DNA of 64,000 nucleotides, from positions 434,001 to 498,000 of the forward strand of contig JBLDXI010000046.1 of the NCBI GenBank assembly GCA_047495785.1. Reading direction: 5' to 3'. How positions within the stretch are numbered: the stretch's first letter is position 1; every line of letters begins with the position of its first letter. Shown here in pieces: positions 1 through 10,597 of this stretch. The translations under genes and the position numbers were made by a program. This DNA is from Lepidodermella squamata. Its lineage: Eukaryota > Animalia > Gastrotricha. A model generated the notes under the pieces. The model had not been told where the DNA came from, ran no database searches, and saw only the letters and a program-made list of their open reading frames with translations.

Positions 1-725
1 CTCAATTGATTCCCAACTCCACTTTCCGCCGGGCCATTTCGCGTTGGCTCAACTTTAACAGGAGTCATTTGGGCAGATAGAGTTTCAGGCTTAATGTGGC
101 AGTAGTACTGGAGCACCTTCTCCTGGCCGTTATTCGCCGACCGGCCAGCCCCGTACCATTTCGCCTGGTAACCAGGTGGGCAGGTAAAGTCGCCAGTTAC
201 AGGATTAGGAACATCATCAGATATCGAATTGCCTTCTCGTTGAATCTGGTAGAAACCACCCAGCTCTGATCCGTTGAAGAACACGAAGCAGATCGATTGT
301 TGACACGCAACTGGCCGAATGTAGCGATCTTCACTGTCGAGAAAACTCGGCGATAGCAGGTTGAAAACGATTGTCTCATAGCCAAGCGGGCATGTGAAAG
401 CGTTTGTGACCGGGTTGATCGCTTCAATGGTCGGCAAATTGCCGTATTTCTCATCGCATTTGAAGAACATCCCGCCAAACGGGTCGAAGCCTCGTGTCTT
501 AGCGAGGCATAAATGCGTCTCTAAGATTTCTTCCTGGTAGTCCGAAACAGGACTTGCGACTAAGAAATCGGTGGTGTTGTCCGGGCAGTAGGCGTTTTTG
601 TCGTCAAACGTGTTGGCAATCAAAGCGCCTCGGCGATACGAGTACAAGCCGCGGAAGCTTGTTGCCTCGCTGCCTGGCAGAACTAAGCACCATAATAAAA
701 GAAATGCCGGACGTAGGGGTGTCAT
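1..725 (-). CDS. Secreted/membrane protein with MPEG1 (Perforin-2) P2-like domain; 5' part only, runs off the window; paralog of the RTK ectodomain at 14827
   Basis: Manual translation from ATG at 725 is open to position 1: signal peptide MTPLRPAFLLLWCLVLPGSEA, then SFRGLYSYR..YCP..HLCL..FGGMFFKC..INPVTNAFTCPLGY..QSICF..LGGFYQ..NPVTGDFTCPPGYQAKWYGAGR..QYYC. Colinear with the RTK ectodomain. Not in the ORF track, presumably because there is no stop inside the window. Confidence 0.85.
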   Translation of the reverse strand, partial: MTPLRPAFLLLWCLVLPGSEATSFRGLYSYRRGALIANTFDDKNAYCPDNTTDFLVASPVSDYQEEILETHLCLAKTRGFDPFGGMFFKCDEKYGNLPTIEAINPVTNAFTCPLGYETIVFNLLSPSFLDSEDRYIRPVACQQSICFVFFNGSELGGFYQIQREGNSISDDVPNPVTGDFTCPPGYQAKWYGAGRSANNGQEKVLQYYCHIKPETLSAQMTPVKVEPTRNGPAESGVGNQL

Positions 726-1670
726 TGTTCCGTAACCATTGCAGCTCCTGAGTCTTGCATTAACTTGGCGCCGTATTATACTTAGAGCCTGAATGCTTGT
801 TGTCAAGTATCTGGCTTATTCACTATGGTCAGCAAGCGTATCGCGTCAACAGCCTCGTAAATTAGACCTATTAGTGAAGGGCAAAATAATCTTTCAAGGC
901 ATAAAACAATCAAATTCAGCCTGGTTTTTTTGAATATACCTCTGGGAAAAATTATTATAAAAACAAGGCTTGAGCGTTTTATTGAAGAGCAGAATCATTT
1001 CTAACCACAATCTTAAAATAGGATTAATTGAATGGAATTAGGGAGAGACACGGCGTTTCCCTGAGACTCAATGTGAAAGACCTCTGATTTTTCTCTGATG
1101 GAACCAGACATGATTGAAAATGAAATAAAATTGATTGTTTTTGACCTTGTTGAACACAATAATAGTTTCAAGTATCGTAGTTAAATCCCATTTATCGATT
1201 TCATGTCACTGCGTCTATTATCAAGCTTTTGATAGGTAAAGCAGCACCAAGTACTGGCCGTGCCGTTTTTTATTCTAAAAATTGAATGAATATGTGGGCG
1301 TGCTTGGATTTTCGAGTATCACGAAATAGCAATTAACCATTTTTTATTGACCATCTCAGTGCAAATATCGATCGGGTATAACCAAAAAAAGGCTCGAACT
1401 CTGAAATTTCATTTTTTCGAATTCACTACTCCTCTTTGCCAAAAAAGAATTCGATAACAAAACAATTGCTTTGTCCGATGGAAAAAATTCCAGCTTAAAA
1501 CTTGTGTATTGTAAACCTTGTTCTTTGCTTGTTTTGCCGAGAAGTACACGGGATGCAGTAGTTTTTATGCTGCGCTCGGTTAAGCACGAATGTATTACAC
1601 TAGCTACGGTGAGCATTAAGTAATAAAAAAGTGAAAGCCAGAGCAACAAAATTACGCATATAATGAAAAT

Positions 1671-3844
1671 ATGTTACAAAAGCTAAAGCATGTAGCTAAA
1701 GCTAGGTTTCGTTTGCTTGTTCTACTATTCGTAAGCCTCGCACTTCTCGTCATCATTCTAGCTGTAATAAACACTTTCTACATCGAGTATGTTGGAGCTC
1801 TGTATCGCAAAATCACCAGCGGTTCTGACTCGCAATCTACGGCAGTTATTTGCCATGACCAGAACGCTCTGAACGAGCAAAGGCGAAAATTTACCTATCA
1901 AGGATGCGGCTCAATTGATAGATGGTTTGACAGCAGAGTCCAAACAAGGGAGAGGGACATCGAAAATGCCAGCCGACTAATTGAAAAGACTCATCTACCG
2001 CGAATCGTTCATTTCTACAGAAACTCACGACCTTTCCCGGATAAATTCACTTTTAAGGTAGACTTTTCACAATGTCCCACATTTTTTCAAACCTAGTTTT
2101 TTCTAGAATTTTATCAGCATTCTGAGCGCTTACAGATTTTTGGAGCCTGATAAGATTATCCTGCATTTAACTGCAATTCCCGACCCTGATGCTGGGCTGT
2201 ATCATCACTGGTGGCAGGAAGCTCTAGATTCCTTACCTTTTCTTGAGGTGAGATACATCGGGAAATTCGCGACTCATTTCGATGAATTGAGTGTGATCCA
2301 ACGAGAAATTCGGTTGCTAGCCGAGGGCGGTATCATTGTGCCACTCGAAGGCATCATTTTCAACGGAGGCGCTTGGCCTGCGGGGGATTACTCGAAGAAA
2401 CTGATGGCTGACGAAGTCGAAATGCTCAAAAATTCAAGCAAGGTTTACCTAATGAACGGACTAGACACTGCAGCAATTTCATGCGAGGACTACCAACCGA
2501 ATGAGAAGAGAAATGCCAGTAACGGAAGTCTGTATGGCGAGAACAGGAATGATGGTCCGATCGATTCTCCATGTTATTCAGTCCCCAGTGGCGTTGAGTT
2601 TTATCCGGTGGATATCATGACAGGCGATGAAGATTTTGCTCAATTAGTCCGATACCTTTTCTACTCGAATCGAAGAGAGATATTACCTCGACCGGCCGAG
2701 CATACTAAGAATCTCACGGTACCTTTGATATGCCATTATATCTGGATTTATGGGTCACAACTCGAATTTGACGCTTATCTCAGCATGCTGAGTTGTCTTT
2801 ACATCGCCAAGTAAGCTTTGAAACCTCATTGAAACCTCCATCAAAATCATGAAATATGTGCTCAGGGCGGATGTTTATGTTCACGGGTCGATGCCCCCTT
2901 CTGGCGTAAGATGGGAGAGACTTAAGACGAAAGCCGGACCACGATTGAAGTTCATCAAAACCTACCTGCCTAATCAAGCCTATGGAAATATGGTAAATCA
3001 TCCAGCTCATATAAGCGACGTTTGGCGAGTTGAAGCGTTGTTGCGGTACGGCGGCATTTACATCGATTGGGACGCGATTTTTCTCAAGCCATTAGATGAA
3101 GAGATGCTGAAACGTGATGCTGTAGTCAATTTCGACATCGTTTTATATCCTGACTATCCAGATGTGATCAGTAACGCAGTTTTGCTGGCAAAACCGGGCT
3201 CGCGATACTTTCAACAAGTTCAGGTTGGAAAACGCCTAAATTTTCACTTTTTAGGGAATTTCATGAGGGTGGAAAATTGCAAGAAAGCCAATTTTATGTA
3301 AATATTTAAAATTTAAATTTATCACAATTTTTAACCTTTAAATTGAGAATTTAAATTGCAATTTTTATTATTGTTGAATTTAAATTAAATTCTGATTTTT
3401 AATGTTTCTTTATGTTAATTTTAGAAATCGATGAAAAATTTCAACACCTTCCAGCCATCTGACAATAGATTGTTGGGTCATTTCTACAATTCGCTGTTCA
3501 TGTATTACAAAGTTTACGAATGTTACCCAGAGGACGTTTACATCGACCCTCGGCTGCAGGTCATATGCTGCTGCGATCGGCGGTGCCATCCTTCATGGAA
3601 GCCGAATTACAAATTGGGCCGACCTGATGCAAATTGGAATTTCGATGTTGATAAAGAACATGCTTACGTCATGCACAACACTTATCCGACGCCGGAGGAG
3701 TTCCGTTCTGAAGATTCGCTGTTGAAATACCCCGATAATTCGACCATGTATTACCGGATCGCGATGAAAGTGCTTTCGCATGCAAATATTGATATTCTAA
3801 CTTTGGTTATGCCGTCTAATACGTCCACAACGATAAAGCCCTAA
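1671..3844 (+). CDS. Type II membrane glycosyltransferase, GT32 / alpha-1,4-GlcNAc/Gal transferase-like (DXD), 4 exons
   Basis: Exons 1671-2057, 2107-2810, 2866-3223, 3425-3844 joined in frame by GT-AG introns. N-terminal TM anchor; motifs PLICHYIW, HISDVWRVEALLRYGGIYIDWD, ISNAVLLAKPGS. Confidence 0.85.
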
Positions 3845-3870
3845 AATCTATATTAAAGATTAAATCAAAC

Positions 3871-5025
3871 ATGAAATTTCACTGGTTAGCCATTTTTCTA
3901 GTTGAATATGCAGCTGCTAAAGTTCTGACGAAAGCTGACGAATTCTATGAAGCTTGCCCTAATGCGAGGCAAGAAGTTTATAGTCCTGGTTGTTCGATTG
4001 GGCAGGTGGAGAGCGCGGCATCTGGCCGTAATACGGAAATCTGTGACCAGACACAAATCGCAGCGAAATTTTACGCAAGCCGTTTTCACAGAATCGACGA
4101 GCCAGCCGAAACTTTCACTATAGCTGGGTCTCTGAGGCTCGAATGGCCTTTAACCTGCAGAGATTTGAGCACTGGTATGAATGAGTATTCCCTTAAGTTG
4201 AATGAAGACCGATTTTGGACGCCTGGCGTCTACCACAGTAATACGATTGACAACTTCGGGATGAGTGGGGATACATTCACGAGCCGCTTTATGGCCTTCT
4301 ACAACCTGAATACCTCTGATTTTCGAATTCTTTGGCAAAAATATGGAATTTTTTCTTCGTCATGCTCTATGGACTTTGAGAATTTCCCGTTTGATGAGCA
4401 ATCTTGCAGTATCGAATTTTGCCTTCAGGAGAACCGAAATGCAGCAACGCTTGTTATAGGGGATGGAATACAGATCCTTGGCGGTTTCATGTCGCCAAGT
4501 AGCAATTGGATGGTTGTAAATTCTTCGACTCGCACTGATGCGGTAACTTTCAGTGGAGACAGGGGAAATGTCATATTTTCAATCCAATTTCGCCGTAGAC
4601 CGGACTTTTACGTCGTTGCGCTCATTCTTCCATGCTTTTTTCTATCGACTCTGGAAATCGGTTCAGTGATGATGGAGCCAAAAATGGCTGATCGGCCTGT
4701 TTTTGCTGTCACCCTACTCCTAGCGTTTGTGTTCCTGCAAAGTGAAATTTTGCAATGGATACCGCCTAAACCTGATCGATGCTTCCTCAGGACATATACG
4801 AACCTTTGCGCTTTGTTCGCTTGGATGAACACTGTGTACACTCTGGTTACAATATGCATCGCCCGTTCGAGTAAAACCATTGAAAAATCGTCTTTTCAAG
4901 TATTTTCGCTATCGATAAGCGCCTTACGGATCGTCGATATAGTCGCAGTAACTCTGGGAAGTCTCTTCCTCATTTCTATAAATTCGATTGCGATCGACAC
5001 CGCTAAAAAGAGCGAGTATCTGTGA
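3871..5025 (+). CDS. Intronless Cys-loop ligand-gated ion channel subunit (divergent, non-alpha), copy 1
   Basis: Signal peptide, FWTPG (loop A WxP), Cys-loop CSMDFENFPFDEQSC, FRRRP before M1, four hydrophobic helices with a very short M3-M4 loop. Confidence 0.9.
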   Translation: MKFHWLAIFLVEYAAAKVLTKADEFYEACPNARQEVYSPGCSIGQVESAASGRNTEICDQTQIAAKFYASRFHRIDEPAETFTIAGSLRLEWPLTCRDLSTGMNEYSLKLNEDRFWTPGVYHSNTIDNFGMSGDTFTSRFMAFYNLNTSDFRILWQKYGIFSSSCSMDFENFPFDEQSCSIEFCLQENRNAATLVIGDGIQILGGFMSPSSNWMVVNSSTRTDAVTFSGDRGNVIFSIQFRRRPDFYVVALILPCFFLSTLEIGSVMMEPKMADRPVFAVTLLLAFVFLQSEILQWIPPKPDRCFLRTYTNLCALFAWMNTVYTLVTICIARSSKTIEKSSFQVFSLSISALRIVDIVAVTLGSLFLISINSIAIDTAKKSEYL

Positions 5026-5551
5026 GAATTCGCCTGAATTGTATTCTAAACAGACTACATTAAAAATTAAAAAAACGTCTACCTATATATTTTCAAATAA
5101 TCCTAAGAAGTTTATGGTTAATAATAATTTTGCTTTGGTTGTTTTGACTCCCGTTATTCACTGAGACTTGAGTTATTCACTGACCTTTGAGGCATGAAGG
5201 TGAAAAGGATTCCTATGTCTCGTTCTAAGATTACCTTTTAGCCTGCGACATCTCGTGGGCCTTTGCCGGCAACCTGGCATGTCAACTTGTCTACTGGTCT
5301 GCCACCTGACACTGTTCCGGCGATATTTCTTGGCGACCGAAGTAACGAAGAACTAAGTGAGCCTCGGGGTATCCAGATGGAGATCAGATCAGGTGTGTAC
5401 CTCAGGGGAGCCTTTTGAGATCTAATCGCGTCTGTTTTCGATTGAATACTGGTGCGCTAAATGGCGTCTCAAGCTTAGCCCTTCTGAGTGCTAATCTCTC
5501 CCCATTGCTAATCTCTCAACCTATCGAGGCTTACAGTGCATGATTTTTTAA

Positions 5552-6859
5552 TCAACGAAATAGCAAGCTAATTAAAATAAGGATAAGGAATGCCACATAA
5601 CTAATCATCTGTCCTTCTGCACTATTTGGAGTTGTATTCGCTTGAGTTGTCTTAGGAGGTGGCGTTGTACCCTCATAGCTGGTACCAAACGCATAGACAT
5701 ACCCATCAGAACCCTGCGCATAGAACACTCCAGCCGAAAATGCCCATTTTTCACCAAAGGAAACAGAGTCATCGCCAACTGTGATATTCGCAGCCAAGCT
5801 GCCATCAACTTTATCGTAAATCGCAAACCCGGTATAACCCTGCGCGATAATATAATCGTCCAGGACAATAGGGTCACAATCAGGTGGTGCATCGGAAAGT
5901 GGTATCCTGAAAGTAGTAACTAAATCCCCGGTTTTAATATCATGCTTTGCTATAACGACATGTTCGGCCGGTTTACATTTGCGGTAGACGAATTCATTGT
6001 CTGTAACAGCTACCAAAAAGTCATCGCTGCTAGTCGATGCGGTCCATTTCACACTTTTACTGTCGATATCAACAGCAACCATTTGAGTATTTTTCCTGGT
6101 TATTGCGACATTACCAGAAATCATAGGCCCATGATTGAGGTAGGCGTTTTCTAGTGGGAAATTGATATTCCACAGCTTGTTACCATTCTTCGTCGCATCA
6201 AACTCGGCGATAGCTTCGGTTGTAGTGCTCATAGTCAAACTGATCAGTCGATTGTCGTTTGAGAGGGATAGGTAGTAAGGAATATCCGTGGAATTGACTC
6301 CAAATGAAGATTTCGTCTCCCCAGTTTGGAAGTCTAGGGCGACAAGCTGGCCATTATTCTCGTCAGTTGAAAACCCAACAACGAGATCTTTCAACCCAGT
6401 AACAGGGATGATGTCGTAGAGATCCCCAGCCAGTTTTCGTGACCATAGAACCTTCTCCTTCCCGTCTTCGAGGCTGATCCCGAAAACCTTTCCGTCGCCA
6501 TTTGCAAGGAACATCAGTTTGTTCTGCGGCTCAATCACCTGTTTCGAGGTTGAGAAATCCGTTAGGATTGTGAACTTTTTGATCCGTAGGCCAGTTTTTG
6601 CGTCGATAATTGCTAAACTTCCATCGCCAGTGTTAATGTACAATTTCTGGTTGTAAACAAGAATTCCATTCAGGCCTATGCGAGTAGTTTCTAATTGGGT
6701 TTTCCAAAGGATATCGATTTTGTTTACGTAACCCAGTGAGTACGGCTTGTAGCCAGTATGGCTGTAGTCACCCCCATCAGCTACCCAATCATCCACAGAT
6801 GCATTAGCGTGAAGCAATGAAGCTACTAAGAAAAAGGCAGAAACAAGAACTTGTCTCAT
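5552..6859 (-). CDS. Intronless secreted, probably GPI-anchored PQQ/BamB-like beta-propeller protein
   Basis: Signal peptide; DWVADGGDYSHTG N-terminal motif; repeated blades (DGSLAIIDAKTG, DGKVFGISLEDG..LW, LVALDFQTG, GSDGYVYAF); Thr/Pro linker; hydrophobic C-terminal tail. Confidence 0.8.
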   Translation of the reverse strand: MRQVLVSAFFLVASLLHANASVDDWVADGGDYSHTGYKPYSLGYVNKIDILWKTQLETTRIGLNGILVYNQKLYINTGDGSLAIIDAKTGLRIKKFTILTDFSTSKQVIEPQNKLMFLANGDGKVFGISLEDGKEKVLWSRKLAGDLYDIIPVTGLKDLVVGFSTDENNGQLVALDFQTGETKSSFGVNSTDIPYYLSLSNDNRLISLTMSTTTEAIAEFDATKNGNKLWNINFPLENAYLNHGPMISGNVAITRKNTQMVAVDIDSKSVKWTASTSSDDFLVAVTDNEFVYRKCKPAEHVVIAKHDIKTGDLVTTFRIPLSDAPPDCDPIVLDDYIIAQGYTGFAIYDKVDGSLAANITVGDDSVSFGEKWAFSAGVFYAQGSDGYVYAFGTSYEGTTPPPKTTQANTTPNSAEGQMISYVAFLILILISLLFR

Positions 6860-8194
6860 TTTGTGGTGAATGGTGAAAATGCTCTTTATTGCAATTACTT
6901 ATAATATATATAACAATATACAGGAGAATAATCGCTTTTTGGCGCAATACTATCAGCTCTTATCTCGGTTAAGATAGCGAAAATTCTACGCATTATAAGA
7001 TTTGTCGGCACTTTGATGTTCTTTTTAGTGCCGTCTGGGCTTGTATTTCGAGGTGCGATCTTCGACCCCCGAGCTCCCGGGGATGGAAAAATTTTTTTTG
7101 CTGTTTTTGCTAATAATTTGGCTAATAACCGAGCGAAGCGAGAAAATTTTGGAGATTTTCCACTGAAACGCGCCCCAGAACCTTCCAAAATTAACAAAAC
7201 CGTGGGATGATCCCCCCATCCCCCCCTGAAAGTCGCACACTGTATTTGAATATTTACAGTAATTGTTTAATAATTCAAGTGGTAAATGCTCATTTTTTAG
7301 GGCAGAGTTCAGAGCAAGCCAACTTTCTATAGTGAACACATATTTAGATCAGAATAAGACGTGACATTTTAATTTCTTTAAATAACCCCCGTCGTAGTCA
7401 CTGTCCAAATCGATTCTAGTCCCAAATCGAGTATTCAGTAATCACTTTGCTTGAACCACATACTATCAGGTAAAAGGTAAACCACAGTCCGGTATAGAAA
7501 ATCTACAATGGCCATTTCCACTTAGACAAAGCTCCAAATGGGTAACGTGAAGAGACTCGGAGTTCAAAGTGCGTTGTACGCGGCGATCCTACGTTTTGGT
7601 CATGATGTATGACATTCCAACACAGACATTCAGCCTGTACTGTACCCTCCGGTACTTCGCACACTGCTCAAATCCGATAAGGATTTGGCTAGAACGTCTC
7701 GTGTGGGCTTGTAGACTAGATTTTAAGGAATGCAGTGAGAATTTGAGGTGATTGCAGTTTCCTTTTTTCGATTCATGTTTTCCCTCTTATGTTTCTGCTG
7801 CAGGTAAACTTCGATCGACGGCCCCATCCTTCCTGGTAAAAGCCCAATTACAAGTTGGGCCAACTATGCTAATTGGTTGTTTGATGTGAACAAATAACAA
7901 GCTAGCGTTATGCCGCACTGGAAGAGTCACGGTGCTATTGCTTTTGCATGCAGATATTGATAATCGAACACAGAGCTGGAAAACTAGCAACTAGCAGAAA
8001 TGACACATCAGGTGTGTAGAAAATTTTAGCTTAGCAAGCAGTAGAAAATTGAAGGAAATGGTTGTTTATTAGGAAATTGCGAAATCAGTGCGTAGGAAAT
8101 CCTGCAGGTTATCCAACTCTGATCGAAGATTTGTTTTGCTATCAGATGCGATCATGAACAGCAACGAAGTATCTATCAGATGATTAAATTAAAA

Positions 8195-9349
8195 ATGAAG
8201 TTTTGTTGGTTCGCCATGTATCTGTTTAAATTTGTTGCTTCCGAAGTTCGAACGAAAGCTGACGAAATCTTCGAAGCATGCCCTAATGTTAGGCGAGAAG
8301 TTTACACCCCTCATTGTTCGATTCGGCAGGTGGAGAATGCGACTGCAGGCCACATTACGGCATTATGTAATCAGACAAGGATCGCAGCGAAATTTTTCCC
8401 CAGCCGTTTTCACAGAATCGACGAGCCTGCCGAAACCTTCACTATAGCTGGGTCTCTAAGGCTCGAATGGCGTATCAATTGCAGAGATTTCGAACCTGGG
8501 TCCGACGATTATTCCCTCAAGTTAACGGAAGACCAATTTTGGACTCCTGGCATCTACCACAGTAACACAATCGACAACTTCGGGATGAGTGGGGATACAT
8601 TCACGACTCGCTTCATGGCCTTGTACCTCCCGAATACTTCTGAGTTCCAATTTGCCTGGCAAAAATACGGAATCTATTCTTCGTCCTGCTCCATGGACTT
8701 TGAGAAGTTCCCTTTCGATGAGCAATCTTGCAGTATCGAATTTCGCCTTCAGGAGAACCGAATGGCAGCGACGCTTGCTATTATGGATGGAATACAGATT
8801 CTTGAAGGTTTTATGTCACCCAGCAGCAACTGGCAGGTCAAAAACTCTTCGACTCGCACCGATGCGATAACTTTGGACGGAGACAAGGGAAACATTGTGT
8901 TTTCCATCCAATTCCGCCGTAGACCGGACTTTTACGTAGTTGCGCTTATTTTGCCATGCTTTTTCCTATCGACTCTAGAAATCGGCGCAGTTATGATAGA
9001 GCCGAAAATGGCTGACCGGCCTGTTTTTGCTGTCACCCTACTCCTAGCGTTTGTATTCCTGCAAAGTGAAATTTTGCAATGGATACCGCCCAAACCGGAT
9101 GGATGCTTCCTTAGGACATACACGAACCTTTGCGCTTTGTTCGCTTGGATGAACACTGTGTACACTCTGGTTACAATATGCATCGCCCGTTCGAGTAAAT
9201 TCATAGCGAAGTCGACTATTCAAGTCTTCTCGGTATCGATTAGCGCCTTACGCATCGTCGATATATTTGCAGTATTTCTTGGGAGCCTCTTCCTCATTTC
9301 TATAAATTCTATTGCGCTCGACACAGCTAAAAAGAGCGAGTATTTGTGA
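8195..9349 (+). CDS. Intronless Cys-loop ligand-gated ion channel subunit, copy 2
   Basis: Highly similar to 3871-5025 along its whole length, with an almost identical TM region. Cys-loop CSMDFEKFPFDEQSC. Start MKFCW aligns with MKFHW of copy 1; the ORF track starts at 8180. Confidence 0.9.
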   Translation: MKFCWFAMYLFKFVASEVRTKADEIFEACPNVRREVYTPHCSIRQVENATAGHITALCNQTRIAAKFFPSRFHRIDEPAETFTIAGSLRLEWRINCRDFEPGSDDYSLKLTEDQFWTPGIYHSNTIDNFGMSGDTFTTRFMALYLPNTSEFQFAWQKYGIYSSSCSMDFEKFPFDEQSCSIEFRLQENRMAATLAIMDGIQILEGFMSPSSNWQVKNSSTRTDAITLDGDKGNIVFSIQFRRRPDFYVVALILPCFFLSTLEIGAVMIEPKMADRPVFAVTLLLAFVFLQSEILQWIPPKPDGCFLRTYTNLCALFAWMNTVYTLVTICIARSSKFIAKSTIQVFSVSISALRIVDIFAVFLGSLFLISINSIALDTAKKSEYL

Positions 9350-9880
9350 TCTGTAATCAGCCTGAATTTTATTGTGAACGACTACATCAAGACAACGTCA
9401 ATTGTTTCAAATAATCCTATGCAGTTTATCTTTAATACCGTAAACTACAGTATAAATATATTATGTAATATGCAAAAAACTGACAGCTAACCTTGGCCAC
9501 TGACCGTGGAGGAAAACCTTTCGGACGTGGGGCGTATACCGAAGATGCTGCTGATTAACCAGGTAATAATTGCTTCACCAATTGCGAATAAGTGTTCCAA
9601 TTATTGCTCGAATGTCAAATCGCGTCTGTTTCCGAGTGAAAACTGATGTACTATATGCACAATGGCATCTCAAGCTTAACCCTGTTGAGTGCGAGTGTAA
9701 AATTGCTAATCATCTCAACCAATCAAGTCTTACAGTGCATACTTTTTTAATTGTGTGGTTCCTTAGATCTAGCCAGCTAAATACTATTTATTTATTTATT
9801 TAGAAGCTATTACACCCAAAGAGGGAAGCTTGTAAATACCCTAATAGATAATTAACCCGTCGCCAGCGGGGTTATTATAC

Positions 9881-10597
9881 GCACATTTTCAGGCCCGCCT
9901 AAGTTTCCTCCACGCGCGCACTCTGATTGGTCGGCCGCGCGCTCAACGAATGATAAAGGATAACTTTCGAATTTACCGGCGGTTTTTATATCAAAATAAA
10001 ATTCATTAAATTTGGAATCGATTGAATATGGTGTTCTCGCTCGAAAAATGTAAAGCGAAAATGTTTTACGTGCACTCAAAATAATGCGCGCACGCACTAG
10101 TTAGTTGTGCGCGCGCGCGTTAACGAAAATTCAGACGACAAATTGTTATTACACGTAAAAATAATTTGCTTTACATTTTTCGAGCGAGAACACCATATTC
10201 AATCGATTCCAAATTTAATGAATTTTATTTTGATATAAAAACCGCCGGGAATTTCGATAATTAGCCTTTGTAATTGCCGCGCGCGGTTTTTAAATACTAG
10301 AAACCATGTGCGGGCACGACTTTAACATGTGCGCGCGCAAGTCCAAACGAATCAATTTAAATTTCAAATAAACCATTGCATACGAATTTTAGATGAGAAT
10401 ATTCAGTTTTTACTACTCTGTCCACTGTGTTATCATGATCGTGGAAAAATTTAATTTAAAAAATAAATTGGGGTATAATTCGAGATTTTGTTTGCTTGCA
10501 TTGTGCGCGCGCTCACGTGTTGCGCAATCGCGCGCCTAAAACGTCAGCCAATAGGAGCGCGCGCGTGGAGGAAACTTATGCGGGCCTGAAAATGTGC
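9881..10597. mobile_element. Mutator (MULE)-type MITE
   Basis: TIRs GCACATTTTCAGGCCCGC...GCGGGCCTGAAAATGTGC, 9-bp direct TSD TTATTATAC on both sides, plus an internal inverted repeat of about 95 bp (approx. 9965-10060 / 10165-10258). Confidence 0.9.

Noticed and set aside
197-751. Track ORFs 197-478 (-) and 554-751 (+)
   Set aside because: Alternative frames overlapping the real minus-strand gene starting at 725.
5552-6859. Bacterial contamination or chimeric assembly as the source of the propeller gene
   Set aside because: GPI-type tail, no operon context, and its 3' flank is duplicated together with the neighbouring animal channel gene. Read-level confirmation is still advisable.
7000-7240. 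GC-rich patch with CGAGCGAAGCGAG and poly-C, likely a TE end
   Set aside because: No matching second terminus or TSD found.
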